From NCBI RefSeq assembly GCF_964194155.1, contig NC_135894.1, forward strand, positions 89,280,001 through 89,344,000: DNA of 64,000 bases, read 5' to 3'. The notes under the pieces are model-generated. The model was not told where the DNA came from, did no database searches, and saw nothing but the letters and a program-made list of their open reading frames with translations. Of this stretch, positions 11,151 through 23,124 are shown one piece after another. A program made the position numbers and the translations under genes. Each line of letters opens with the position of its first letter. Positions within the stretch are counted from its first letter, which is position 1. Origin of the DNA: Cetorhinus maximus (Eukaryota).

Positions 11151-11944
11151 TAAAAGCAGTGTCCCTAATATGTGTCAGTACAGTTATAGGACTTCTGCAA
11201 TAAAACAGAAGGGGGCTTGACATGTTACTGCACAATTAGTGCTAAATTATTAGTGTTGTTCTGCCCAGGAGCATCGCTGATGCCCAACTGTTTAGGAGGT
11301 GGGATATTTCTGCATAGATATAAGCAACAAAGCATGTACAGATTACCCTGGTGAACAAAACTCCCTTACGTCTGACAGCCTTAATATCTGACAGCCTGAT
11401 GCAATGCTGACAGGCGCGTATTTAATTTTCCTGATTCCCGGGTGAAACGTCAAAGGGGTATTTGAGGTAAATAGCATAGATGCGTTGATGTGGAAGCTAG
11501 TTAAGTATTTGAGGGACAAAGAGATAGTGAGTATGCCGATAGGGTTAGTTGAAGCGTGCGGAGCAGAGTCACCATCATGGACCGGTTGAGCCGGACGGCT
11601 TATTTTGTGTAACTTGAGCCAAACTACCTCGAATCACCAGCTCCTCTGAAGGAAAATGAATCTTCTCCATATAAAGTTATGATCAGACAAATTGTTTCAG
11701 GTTTAGTTTTATTGTGAGCGTCAGTGCAGAGTATGCATCATATTGCTACATTTTATATCCTGTGGGAGAATATTTAGGCTCTGCACATTACTGTAAACGA
11801 ATTGTTTGCTTTTGCCTGTTTCCTTACCTTTTTATATTGTTATTTAACGCCTGATCTGATAGTCTCTGGTTTTTATAACCTTTTGCCAAAAATCTAGGAG
11901 ATGATATACATGGAGATGGTACAAGCCTCATAAAGCAACCAGGG

Positions 11945-12124
11945 ATAAAAACAAAAACATGCTGCAAAATACTCAGCACATACTCCTGAACTGAAGAAGA
12001 GTCATATTCGACTTGAAACATTAACTTTGTTTCTCTCCACAGGTGCTGCCTGACCTGCTGAGTATTTCCAGCATTTTCTGTTTTTATTTCAGATTCCCAG
12101 CATTTGCAGTTTTTCACTTTTGCA
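11945..12124. mobile_element. Short Penelope P1 tail insert with 5' inversion and ~13-bp TSD
   Basis: Flanked by AAAGCAACCAGGG (11932-11944) and AAAGTAACCAGGG (12125-12137). Contains CTGAAGAAGAGTCATATTCGACTTGAAACATTAACT. Confidence 0.8.
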
Positions 12125-13204
12125 AAAGTAACCAGGGTGTCTGTTCTACTCCTGTCTTCATTAAAATTACCCAGATTACCCTGTCATGAGGAAAATGTCT
12201 AAGGTAGACATTATGAGAATTGCACCAATGTCTCTCTGACCAAGGTTCTTTCCAAATCCTTGCAAAGGCTATACACACCCCTCCCCCAATGCAATATCCC
12301 AGCACCATTCTGCATGAGCAATGCCACAGAGTATTCATTAAATACTATAAGTACTCCTTCTCTCCATAACTGAATGAAGTAAAGGTCATCACCAAGGAGA
12401 TGATTCACCAATCCTGTGCTCCTAGCTCAAAGAAAGAATGGGTCTCAGTTTGAGCTACAACAATGCTGTGTCAAGTCGTCAACTCTTTAAGCCTAGCTTC
12501 CCCATTAATTGTGCAGGATTAGTTAATTTATCCTTAGGTGTATGTTGCCTTTCTGAAAAATGACAAGAACAGCTCATGCAAGTCATTACAGCAGTTTCCT
12601 TTATGTCCTTTAATGCAGCCTTCATTGACATCTGGCTCATGCTCTATCCAGTACTGCCTCCCAACTGTCAGCTTCAGGCCCTTGATGACTGACCTCACTG
12701 ACTGCTATATACCTGCCCCCACCCCCAACCCCCACCAGCAACCCCCACCCATTCGCCCATCTGCACTACTCCTCTCTTCAATCGCAATCAATGTCAAAAT
12801 CCATCAGACATTCCCAAGGAACAGTTGATGATTTCTGACATGTACGCACATCCTCAACAGTGAAGCTACATGACATTTTTATAAACCTTAGTCAGTATTA
12901 AACATGTCGCAGACATTTAAGTTCCTTGTCTTCTCAATTACTGTACGGCATGCAGCCAAAGAGAAAGAACCCTATCTTGCTATGGGATTTGATTTCCTTT
13001 TCTTTAATTATCTAGTGTTTTCTGCACAATAGTTGAGGGGACATTGCTAACTGGCGGAACACGTACACTACAATTGGCTTCAGTGAATTCCCTCTCCCGG
13101 GCTAGAATAAAGAGAGAGACAAAACCTCTAAACAGATTGCCCACACACCACAAATGGTCACTTGGGCACAGCACCAGAGGGCTGCCATCACCTTTTGTAA
13201 CCTT

Positions 13205-13635
13205 TTGGGTATCGTTGCTCAGTTTTGGGCTAAAAGATTGAGAGTCCAAGCCCCATTCCACAGACTTGTGCACGTGATGTAGCTTGGTATACCCGTGCAG
13301 TACTGAACGAATGCCACACTGTTGGAGGTGACGCCCTTCCAGGTGAGACAATAAACTGAGGGCTCCACTTGCCCCCTCAGGTGGATATAAAAGACCCCAT
13401 GGCACTATTTCAAAGAGAAGAAGAGTTCACACTGATCTCCTGGCCAATATCTATCCCTCAACCAACATTGCCAAAGCAGATTATCTGGTCATTATCACGT
13501 TGCTGTTGGGGCGATCTCACTGTGTGAAAATTGGCTGCCACGTTTCCTACATTAAAAAATCCTTTATTGGGTGTAGAGCACTTTGAGACGTCTGGTGGTT
13601 ATGAAATGCAAGATATAAATGCAAGTCTTTCTCTT
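13205..13635 (+). mobile_element. Deu-like SINE, near full length
   Basis: Core CCCTCAGGTGGATATAAAAGACCCCATGGCACTATTT...AGATTATCTGGTCATTATCAC; tail ATATAAATGCAAGTCTTTC. Confidence 0.8.
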
Positions 13636-14927
13636 TTTTTTTTGCAGCTGAGCCCAAGTAGGGCTCAACAATTTCAGGGGCAGGAGAAATTAAACACGCC
13701 AGAAAGTAACATAGAAAAAGCTGCATCAGAAGTGTTCACAGTGCACCATGCACAGTATTATAGAACCTACTGCAGTACAAACTCTCTCCCCCGCCCCCCT
13801 TGGTCACATAACAACACTGCAGCCCAGTTATACAGGGCAAACCAATGCCAGCACCAAACAGGATGATAATGGCTTTTTGAACCAATGACTGAAATGAAAA
13901 AACATGGGCCTGCAGTTAGCCCTGAGAATCTCTAAGGAAGAGAAATTCAAAAGGACAACAGATTCGGCTTGCAGCCTGACACCCTGTGCTATTTGGTACT
14001 AGGCTATTGCTGCCCTGAACAGTCACATGCACTCTTGGCAGACAGCTCGAAACAGTAAATGCAACAAATTTGACATTAACACAACTAGGCGATTAAATAA
14101 ATTTAAATCAAGATTGGCCTCCTCCGAGTTATTTTCAGCAGAATTTGAGTCGGATAAAAAAAAAATTAAGATGCACTACGGGATTCAATTTTAAAAAAGG
14201 CTGCAAAGGTTAGAATTCAACCGTCGTTCAGGCTAACAGGACATATTTAAAATGGGGGGAGGGGAAGCGGGGGTGGGGAGTCGGTGGGGGGTTGGTGGCG
14301 GGGGGGTGGGTGCGAACAACTTTCTCTCGGTTAAAATTCAGCCTCGATGAAGCGGAGAAAAGTTTCCATAAAATGACTTTAGCTTGCATCGGCTTGGGTC
14401 ATGTCGTCCATAATTCTGCATGAGATTGGAATGAGAATGCCTGATGGGGAATTAGGGAGAATTCTGCGTTCGTCACGTAGCTGGGGCAGAAGATTCAGTT
14501 TGTTCAGAATGGCAAAAGTGCTTGATGCTGATTGTGCGAAAATTATGAAAATAACCTCTTTAGACAAGGAAAGTGTGCCCCAAGTCATATGCAGACCATT
14601 GTTACAGGTAGGGATTACACTGTAGTGAAGGGCCTGGAGGAATACACGCCAACCTCCTTGAGTTTCTGCTTTGGGCAGAATTGACAATCTGGGCACAAAT
14701 TGTGCCCAAGTTCTTTTTACCTCAAACATCCACTCAAACTCATTGGATTTTGGCGAACGTAAAATCTGCCATGGTTTCATGTGCAATAGCTTCAGAACGT
14801 AACTTTTATTTTAATCTCGCAATGAAATAAAATACAGGACAAACTTAAGACTGGCAGCCTGGCGCAGATTTATTACTGTAGCTGAAAATGGGTTTTTCAT
14901 CAAAAAAAAAGCATTTTAAATCAGAGT

Positions 14928-15144
14928 AAAAGGAAAATAAGGCAGATGCTGGAGATCTGAGAAAATGCTGGACAAACTCAGCAGGTCTGGCATCATCTGT
15001 GGAGAGAGAAACAGAGTTAATGTTCCGAGTCGAATATGACCTTTCTTCGGCTCAGAAGAAGAAGTCACACTGGACTCAAAACGTTAACTTCTGTTTCTCT
15101 TTCCAGAGATGCTGAGTTTGTCCAGCATTTTCAGTTTTTATTTT
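14928..15144. mobile_element. Palindromic (inverted pair) Penelope P1 tail insert with 9-bp TSD
   Basis: AATCAGAGT at 14919-14927 and 15145-15153. Arms AAAATGCTGGACAAACTCAGCA / TGCTGAGTTTGTCCAGCATTTT are exact reverse complements. Confidence 0.85.
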
Positions 15145-15714
15145 AATCAGAGTGGCTGGTCCATCACCGTCAATAACCCAATTTTAAGGAACTGAAATTG
15201 TCTTTTAAAAAAAAAATACAGAAGCATTTCCAAGTTATGCTGGTATGCAGCAGTCAGTTTATTAGAATTTTTTTAAATTAATATTCAAAAACTTTTAAAG
15301 CATGGCTGTTAGCCTCCTCATGCAAACTGGCACCAACAGTGGAAAGCTGCCATGATGATTAATTCAATCCAAGGGCGGGCCTACGTTTGAAGGCTGTGTC
15401 AGCTTCTAGTGCAGTGACTTGAAACTAGCGCCAAAGACCGCCGGAACTCAATCTGCGCTGAATGTAATCTGCGCTTGAAATTCCGCCGTCTTTTCTGCAA
15501 CCTTTGAGAAACGGTAGAACTCCTGGGTCCTTTGTAGCATAGCGGGTGGAAAGGGCATGAATCCCATGTCCTCAGCATCCTATGGAAGACTGGGAAAAGC
15601 ACCCACTTCCCCAGCTTGAAGGGCAGAGGAATAAATCCCAAGCCTACTTTGTTAAATTTAATCTTCGGATTGGAGATCCATACTTTTGCACACACGAACC
15701 CCGACGTTCAATGG

Positions 15715-15985
15715 CCTCTCTCCCTTGCTTTCCTCCTTTAAGATGCTGCTTGAAACCCATCTCTTTGACCAAACGTTTGGCCACCTGTCCTCATATCACG
15801 TCATGTGACTCGGTGCCAAGTTTGTTTGTTAACGTTCCTTTGGAGCAGCCTGGGACATTTTACTACAATAGTCCTTTTTTTTTTAAGGCAGCGAGAAGTA
15901 ACGACCTGGAACTCGTTGCCTACAAAGGTGGTGCAAGCAGAGACGATGAATGATTTCAAAAGAAAATTAGATGGGTACTTGAACA
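15715..15985 (+). mobile_element. L2-like 3' tail followed by a CR1 fragment
   Basis: CTCCTTTAAGATGCTGCTTGAAACC...TTTGACCAA...GGGACATTTTACTAC (reverse of the 21700-22080 copy); then WNSLPTKVVQAETMNDFKRKLDGYL. Confidence 0.65.
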
Positions 15986-18755
15986 AAATTAACTTACTGC
16001 CACCAACAATCTTTTTTTCTGGGGTGGGGGGGCGGAGGCAGCTAGGGTTGGAAATCATTTTGCCTCCATGCTGAGGTAAAAGCAGTGAATTATCAAGATT
16101 TTTAGCAGTTTATTCGCTTTGCAAGCAGTTCTTGCATACATCCTTGTCAAAACAACTCACTAGGAGTCAGCGCTGTAATCTGAAATATTCCAGCTCATTC
16201 ACCCTCAAGCAACAGCCCCCTGTCACACAGGCATAGGCTAGTATCATAAATGTGACCCTCCTCTGGGAGAGGGGAAGGACAGACACAAGTCCGTTAAATG
16301 GTGTCCTCCTACTGGACATGGGCACAAAAATGCATCTTTATAGTGTCTCAGGTTCATTGTTAGTTAAACTGAATTGGATAGCTACTCAATAAAATTTGAC
16401 TTGGAAGCAAAAGCTTTCCCTCTTATCACCAGCACCAGGTACAGGCTATTTAACAATATAGGGCAAACCTTTCTCTGAGCAAACCAGAAATATATGCTGT
16501 CAAAGAGCAGAGGCAACATTAGCATAATATATTCATAGGATCAATAGCTATTTTATTCTCTAACACAACGCATTCAGGACAAGTGAATACCTAAGTAAAA
16601 CAATCTACTGAATGGCTTTTTATTATTACATTCTCTGCTTTTATTTATTCATACTCCACCACAACCACCTCCCCACCTCACATTCCTCACAACGCACCCA
16701 AGCTTAAGCAGGGGACAGCCAGGTAACTTCTACCCTGGGTCTATGCTAATGCTTCTCTGTAACCGGCTGCTGGAATCTGTACCTCAGCAGCGAAGGTGGA
16801 CTCTCCTGACAATTCCCTCTCCCCAATTTCAGGAAGGAGAATACGCGAGGATGGTATGGTAAGAATCCTGGCCACCAACTCAATACCCCCCCACAATGGC
16901 ATCAACCTTCTCACCCTAGCAATTTACAAATGACAATTTAGTAATTCTCTCCTGTTCATATGTTATTCTGTAATGTGTTTATGTTATTTATTTGAAATCA
17001 AAATCACAGGCTCAAAAATAATAAGCCAGAGACATTGGTCAGCACATAAAGGACTGGGACACGACTGTTAGTTCCCCACAAATGCCACCCACCCCCACCA
17101 ATTTATCAGCTGACTTTTCAGCTTCTCGTTTGTTCCTCCTCATTCCTGGCACTGCCTGTCTCAAATAAATACTTAGCACCCATTCTCAAGATGAGAATTG
17201 AGACTGAATGTGTCCATTTCTCACAATCCTGGGAAGTCGAAAATTAGAATTCATTTTTTTCTCTCTAATTCATCCGGGTTGTCAGTCTTTACAATGTGAT
17301 GAAGGGTCAAGAAAAATGAGCTCAGAATTTATATGGAACCAAATCATTGCCTGACAATCAATTTAGCATCTTTCACTGGAGTCTGCAATACCCCTTAACT
17401 AGGAAACTGCAACACTGAAATTTTGTTACAGAAAAACCCAGGCTTTCCTTTTCCCTTCACCCAGCGTTACTTGCCTTGTAGGCTTATGTTTGAGAAATAC
17501 CTTGCGTTTGTGATGGTTGAAAATTCATGTCAATTTAGGGGGGAAAAAAGTGGGAAAAAAAGCAGCTGGGGTGCATTGAAATGTGTTTGAAGCATTTAGT
17601 TTGCAGGATTAATCGAATTATAATTTAATCATTTGATCAAACACCAATTAGCATAATCACTTGAGGGGAACTGTTGGGAGCCTTGGAGAGCGGGAGAGAA
17701 AAAGAGTCAGAACTACTTCAATCAGAGATGACAGCTTTTAAACAGAACAATTTTGCTTTTACAAAAGACCTTTCTCGAGTGAATCTGAAATAAGAGGAGC
17801 AAAAAGGTTGTTGCAAGAACAGATACATCAATTTCTATTAAATAAACTGAGCTGCTATCAAAATCTCATGGCAATCTAAACGGACTCTGTGAAGATGTAA
17901 TAGACGCTCTCTAGAAATAATTTGTTAGTAAAATGTTCCAGTATCTGTAAATTGCAGAGGTCACGGATCATTTTGTTTTAAAAGGTACACAGAGTCTAAA
18001 ATTATTTGCATTCTGCTTTGTCGGGTGCAGGTTTGGGAATGTTACAAAATAAATTATCGTTTTTTTTTTCTTCTTCCCTGTAAGTTTTAGGTTTTGGGAG
18101 CTAAGTACCCGCTGAGCATTAACATACAGAGAGGGGGCAAATCCTGGGTTACTGCTGTTGTGTGTGTGTTTGTGTGTCTCTGTTATCAGAAAGCTCGGGA
18201 GAGTTTGGCATTTAGTATTGAGGTGATTTTGCTCAAATGCAATGCATTTAAAAATGAGGTTCTATAAATAGCAATGCTGTCTCACACTTAAATCTTGCTC
18301 ACAGCTCCAGGAGTCAAAAGAACTTCAGCTGCAAACTGAGGGTCATTTATCTATCATCTTTCCGTGCCGTCTACCTTCACCCATTCATTCATCCCTTCGC
18401 CATTGAATTTCCCTAGTAACCTTTGGATTGATGCAGGAAATCAGAATTAGACATCTGGCTTAATTACCTGTCTATTATTTCTAACTTTTGCTTTATAGAC
18501 ATGTCCTTTTTTTCAGAAAAACCTCACCTCCCCCCCCTCATGCCGCACACCATCCCCACCGTGCATCTACATTTATTCTGCACAGGGTTAACTTGCCTGT
18601 CAGAGAGGCTTCTTATCTAATCCTGCCAACGTACCCCAAGTAGAAATACATGCATCTTATGTCTCAGTCTCCGTCAAGCTCATTTTGGTTTCGCCTTTTG
18701 AGACACAATCTCGATCTTACACCGCATTTTCAGTCTCTCACTCTATAGCTTTGTA

Positions 18756-18868
18756 CATATATATATATTATATATATACACATACACACATATATATAAT
18801 ATACACATATACACATAATATATACACATAGATATATATACACACACACATATATGTATGAGAGAGAT
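18756..18868. repeat. Imperfect (TA)n/(CA)n microsatellite
   Basis: Direct reading. Confidence 0.95.
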
Positions 18869-19236
18869 ACCGTTCTAATTTTCTTCTATTTCACACACTT
18901 CATTCTTTCTACCTCTTCCTCCTGTGAGATCACATTTTGATCATCTATATACATATACACACAATCAATCATCAGTGACATTTGCATAATGCCATACAAA
19001 GATATAAAATTTAGATTAATTGCAGCTTATAGAAAGGCAAGATGCAATGTCTGCATTTGTTTGAATTGGTCGTATTATAGCACCAGGCTCTGACTCTGCT
19101 GGGTAAGCTACTTTAAATGATTACAGTGCAATTTTCTGTCTCCTGCTGATCACAGAGTAGAGGGAAATGTAAAGAAACATTCACTGCCATCCCACAGCCT
19201 TAATGTGGAAATAGACAATTTCATTAACTAACTCAC

Positions 19237-19279
19237 CATTCAGGATGCTGTGGAGTAAGAGGGTTACCACGATCCACAT
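19237..19279 (-). CDS. DSCAM: First coding exon (signal peptide) of Down syndrome cell adhesion molecule; CDS continues beyond the left edge of the window
   Basis: Minus strand reads GGGC-ATG TGG ATC GTG GTA ACC CTC TTA CTC CAC AGC ATC CTG AAT G|GTGAGT = MWIVVTLLLHSILN plus a phase-1 G. It has 14 codons + 1 nt like human DSCAM exon 1 (MWILALSLFQSFAN-V); DSCAML1 (MWLVTFLLLLDSLHK-A) is one codon longer. Consensus donor at 19231-19236, G at Kozak -3, lies in a TE-free island. Confidence 0.85.
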
Positions 19280-20950
19280 GCCCTAGGCTTTGTCCTTCTT
19301 GCAATGATCCTTGTGCACTTGCCCGTCTTCTGTTATATTTGAAAATTGTTACTGTATATGAAGGTTAACATCCACACAGTGTGAGAGAGAGAGAGAGAGA
19401 GAGCTCTTGGCTACAGCAGGCACTGGAGATCAAACCGGCTTGCTTTGGTAGCCCTTTATGCTGGGGCTAAGAGATATGTGTTTCCTGGCTGTGTCCTCTC
19501 TTCCTTTCCTTCCTCTTGAGTGCAAAAGAAAACGGATCAGAGATTCAGAGGGTGTGTGTTAGTCAGCTCCTGCAGCCCTGAGAGACAGCCAGGTGTGCTG
19601 GGACACAGAGACACTGACAACACCAGTAGCAGCAGTAGCAGCAGGTCGGAGGCAGGTCCACAGGTACAGCACTACAGCACAACAGTCAGCTCTGCAATCA
19701 GCCTCCAAATTCAACACCATCCAACACATCCACATCTTCCCACAGCTTTAATCACATTGATCCTAGCGCTAAACCAACGCCTGATACCATTAGATCACAA
19801 CCCATTAACCCACTCCCAGTCTTAAAGCAGTGTGTTAACCCTTTCTTTGCTGCCGACCAGATTTCAGTTTCCTCCTCACCCTTCTCTCTCCCTCTCTCTC
19901 TCTCTTTCTCAAATTGAATGCCACATAAAGGACAGCCCGGGAACCTTCATCCAACATTGAATGTCTCCTGCTTAGCATTTTATTTATCATTGACAAAGTC
20001 CTGCTTGCTCCTTAAAGGGACAGAGTCGATCCTTTTGTTGCCTGCGGTAGGTGCAGGAAAATCCGAGCTGCAGGAATATACAGTTAGAAAATTGGCGAGG
20101 GGGGCGTTGAGAGGGAAAAAAATGCCGTTCGGAATATTAGCCACAGCTTTAGTCGTGGTCAGCTTAAAAATTCGGAGACATCTTTTTCACTCACCGGGAA
20201 GCTAAGTTTGAGTGAATGTTGCATTTGTTGACTTTTGCATTTTAAAAACAGCCAGTTTCCAATATCCCTGGTGTGTGGAATTCTCTTTAAAAGGTGATTT
20301 TAATAGAGTTGTTTCATATCGATACAAAAATATCCATCCCTGTTCAAATAGTATTTATAATCAGTGGTGTAGAGTGACATCGCCTGTATAAATATTAAAT
20401 CAAATTAAACTCTTGGATAAATATTGTACCTCTAAGGCGTTCGGCAGCCAGCTGTTTAAGCTTATGGATAAGACTAGAAACCGAAACAAAAGAGCGTCTG
20501 CTTTTAACCCTTTCTGCCCTGCTGCACACCCAGTGTAACTGCCCGGAGCCTTACTTTTATTCTAAATTGGATTTGACGACCTGCTCCCCGCTGTGCTGGG
20601 ACATTCAGCCCAGTCTCCTTAAAGAAAAAAGCCTTTGTCATCCCCTCGTGCCCCCAGCCTCCATGAAGACCTCCCAGCCTTCCAAGGGAATTGGATGACC
20701 GGGTGATGGTTAATATTTCCCCTTACCAAACTTCACACAGAAGAACTCCCCTGTTGAAAATAGGAAACTCTCAACCAAGCCCCACATTTATGGGATATGC
20801 TGTTGTTCTTCGAAGCACAAAAGGTGGAGCAGTGGACCAGACCTACATGACATGCATTGTCCAATCTTTACTTCTTCCAACTATGTCACTCCTACACTCT
20901 ACTGCCCAATGGGGCACTGTCCAAATATTAATACATAGTTCGTAAAAAAA
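19280..20950 (-). promoter_or_regulatory. Putative DSCAM 5'UTR and proximal promoter
   Basis: Directly upstream of the ATG and TE-free. Contains GA/CT tracts, a CAG-like tract (~19622-19645), locally raised CpG (~20020-20200), a GC-box-like GGGGGCGT (~20100) and repeated TTAACCC motifs. The TSS cannot be fixed from sequence alone. Confidence 0.6.
19382..19403. repeat. (GA)n microsatellite, read as (CT)n in the putative DSCAM 5'UTR
   Basis: About 11 GA units; a second CT tract lies at ~19882-19910. Confidence 0.95.
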
Positions 20951-21697
20951 AGAAATATTGACATGTTTAACCCTCTGTGAAGAGATATTACTGCACTTTG
21001 AAATTGCTTCATTGGCTGTAAAGCACTTTGGGACATCCCATGGCTCTGAAAGGCACTATACAAATCCAAATCTTTCTTTCAGGATATTAATTGTGAGAAC
21101 CTTTGATGATTCAATAAGTTAAATTCCATTTTCAAAGCGCAAACAAGGACACGATGGGCCGAATGGTCTCCCTCTGCGCTACATAGTTACAATCGAATTA
21201 AGGGTTTTGTCCCTGGTGTGTGGTAGATTGCATTCCAAAGTCTTTGCCCGCTCCCCTTCCACATTTATAATTAAGGGCTATGGTGATTGGGTAGATTAAA
21301 TTCTGTATTTATTACCTGAGATTTTTTACTTGTTTTTTATGGAGCCGTCCATTTTTTCAGTGAAAACCATGCATTATTATTGCTTGGTAAACACAAAGGA
21401 CATCAGTGTCAAATGAATATGTCTGCTCTATCCTCCATTAAAGGGTGACAAGGTCAGCAATCGCTCTGAATTATTTAAGGGATACCAGAGTAACACTTGA
21501 TTCCTGAGGTATCATTCCTGAGGCCAGGTATGGGATGTATAATGATTAACATCACTCAGTGCAGTATCAACGATCACACCATTAGATAGATCTTTTGGCG
21601 CACATACTGTGGCTTTTGTAAAGTGGGACGTTTCAGCTTTAATGGCTGTGGGCTATCTTACACATTGAGGAAATGTGATCAGAACAGTGCTTAGAAG

Positions 21698-22200
21698 AAG
21701 AACAACAACTTCTATTTATATAGCACTTTTAAACAGTAAAACATCCTAAGATACTTTGCAGAAGTGGGTTATCAACAAAATTTGACACCGAGCTACACAA
21801 GGAGAGCTGACCAAAAGCTTCATTGAGGAGGAAGGTGTTAAGCACCGTCTAAAGGAGGAGAGAAAGATAGAGAAGTGGAAGGGTTTGGCGAGGGAGTGGG
21901 GAGGGTGGTGGTGTGGGAGCTTAGACATGGACTGCCAACAGTGGAGCAACTAAAATCGGGAATGCTCCAGAGGCCCAGAATTGTAGAAGCATGGGTATCT
22001 TGGAGGGTCGTAGGGCTGGAGGAGATTACAGGGATAGGCAGGAGGCGAGGCCCTAGAGGGATTGGAAAACAAGGTTGAGAATGCCATCATTATAAAATCT
22101 TCTGCCACAGAATGAGGCCATTGGCCTATCATACCTGTGCAGCCTCTTTGAAAGAGCAGTCCATTAGTCACATGCCCATTATTTCTTACTCATAACCTTC
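21698..22200 (-). mobile_element. L2-like 3' fragment plus a short CR1 tail
   Basis: AACAACAACTTCTATTTATATAGCAC...AATTTGACACCGAGC...GACCAAAAGCTT; then GAGGCCATTGGCCTATCATACCTGTGC. Confidence 0.65.
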
Positions 22201-23124
22201 ATACATGGGCAGGGGGTGGGAGGTGCAGGAAGACATTAACTTTAAAGTCAGCAAATATTGCTTGATTAAATAGCTTATAACTATGCAAGCAAGAGTATAT
22301 TTTAGCCATCAGAAAAATATTTCCTATTCATTGCATCTGCTCCCTTGGTATATTTATGCTGTGTCCTAACAGAACACCTATGACATTGTCCACAGGACAG
22401 TCAGAGCATATGCTATTTCACAACAATATGGTTGTTCCCAAGAAAGTGTGACAGGTCAAGTGTGGCAAGCAATAAGTGTGACACTAATGGGAAGTCTGTG
22501 TGGTAAGCAAAACTTGCATCACTTGGATACTATGGCCCTAAATATTGTGCAGCCATTTCAGCGGACTCCCCGCTTTAAGTCCAACAGGACTGGCAGAACA
22601 GGCACATGTTCAGACAGAATCTAAATACACTGGATTCCCATCTTGCCTAACACTTCTGGGATAGCATTGTAGGAACAGAGCCTTCTCCTGCCCCTATAAT
22701 GCCATGGATAGGAGCAAGATAGGGCACGCCCAAACTCAGAACCACTCCTGCAACCTCAGTCAGAATTCCAGCAGAAATGATAAGCGAGCTCCCAAACCAC
22801 CAGAGGCCCTCTGATCCCATGAACTTCGGTAAGGCCACTGCAGGAGTTCTATGTTGGCAACATTCCTATGGATTTATCTTGGCCTATGCATTGTACTGAG
22901 AAGCTAAGATGAAGGATCAAGTTCCATAATAAAGAATGCTAAGGTTCAAAAGAGAAAAGGAGATGAGGTGAGTTAAGTATGAATGAGGTGATGTCAAGCT
23001 TAAGCTTTTAAAGACGGGAAATTGGAGGACTGAGGGGGAGAAGGAATTCCGCAGTTTAGAGTTTTTGTGAAAATGAATAATGTGACTACAATCACTTAGC
23101 CGAAAAAAGAGACAAAAGGTTGGG

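Larger units (their letters stand above)
1..19236 (-). other. DSCAM: DSCAM intron 1 (partial; exon 2 not in window)
   Basis: Begins at the GTGAGT donor. I found no SEDLHSSLYFVNAS-like exon 2 sequence between 1 and 19236. DSCAM intron 1 is known to be very long in mammals. Confidence 0.75.

Noticed and set aside
14379-14786. 135-aa minus ORF and overlapping 74-aa plus ORF as DSCAM exons or a nested gene
   Set aside because: No Ig-domain or other recognisable motif, no resemblance to DSCAM exon 2, and no convincing splice context.
19520-20205. Plus-strand ORFs antisense to the DSCAM 5' region
   Set aside because: Non-ATG or weak starts, low-complexity translation and no homology. An antisense RNA cannot be supported from sequence alone.
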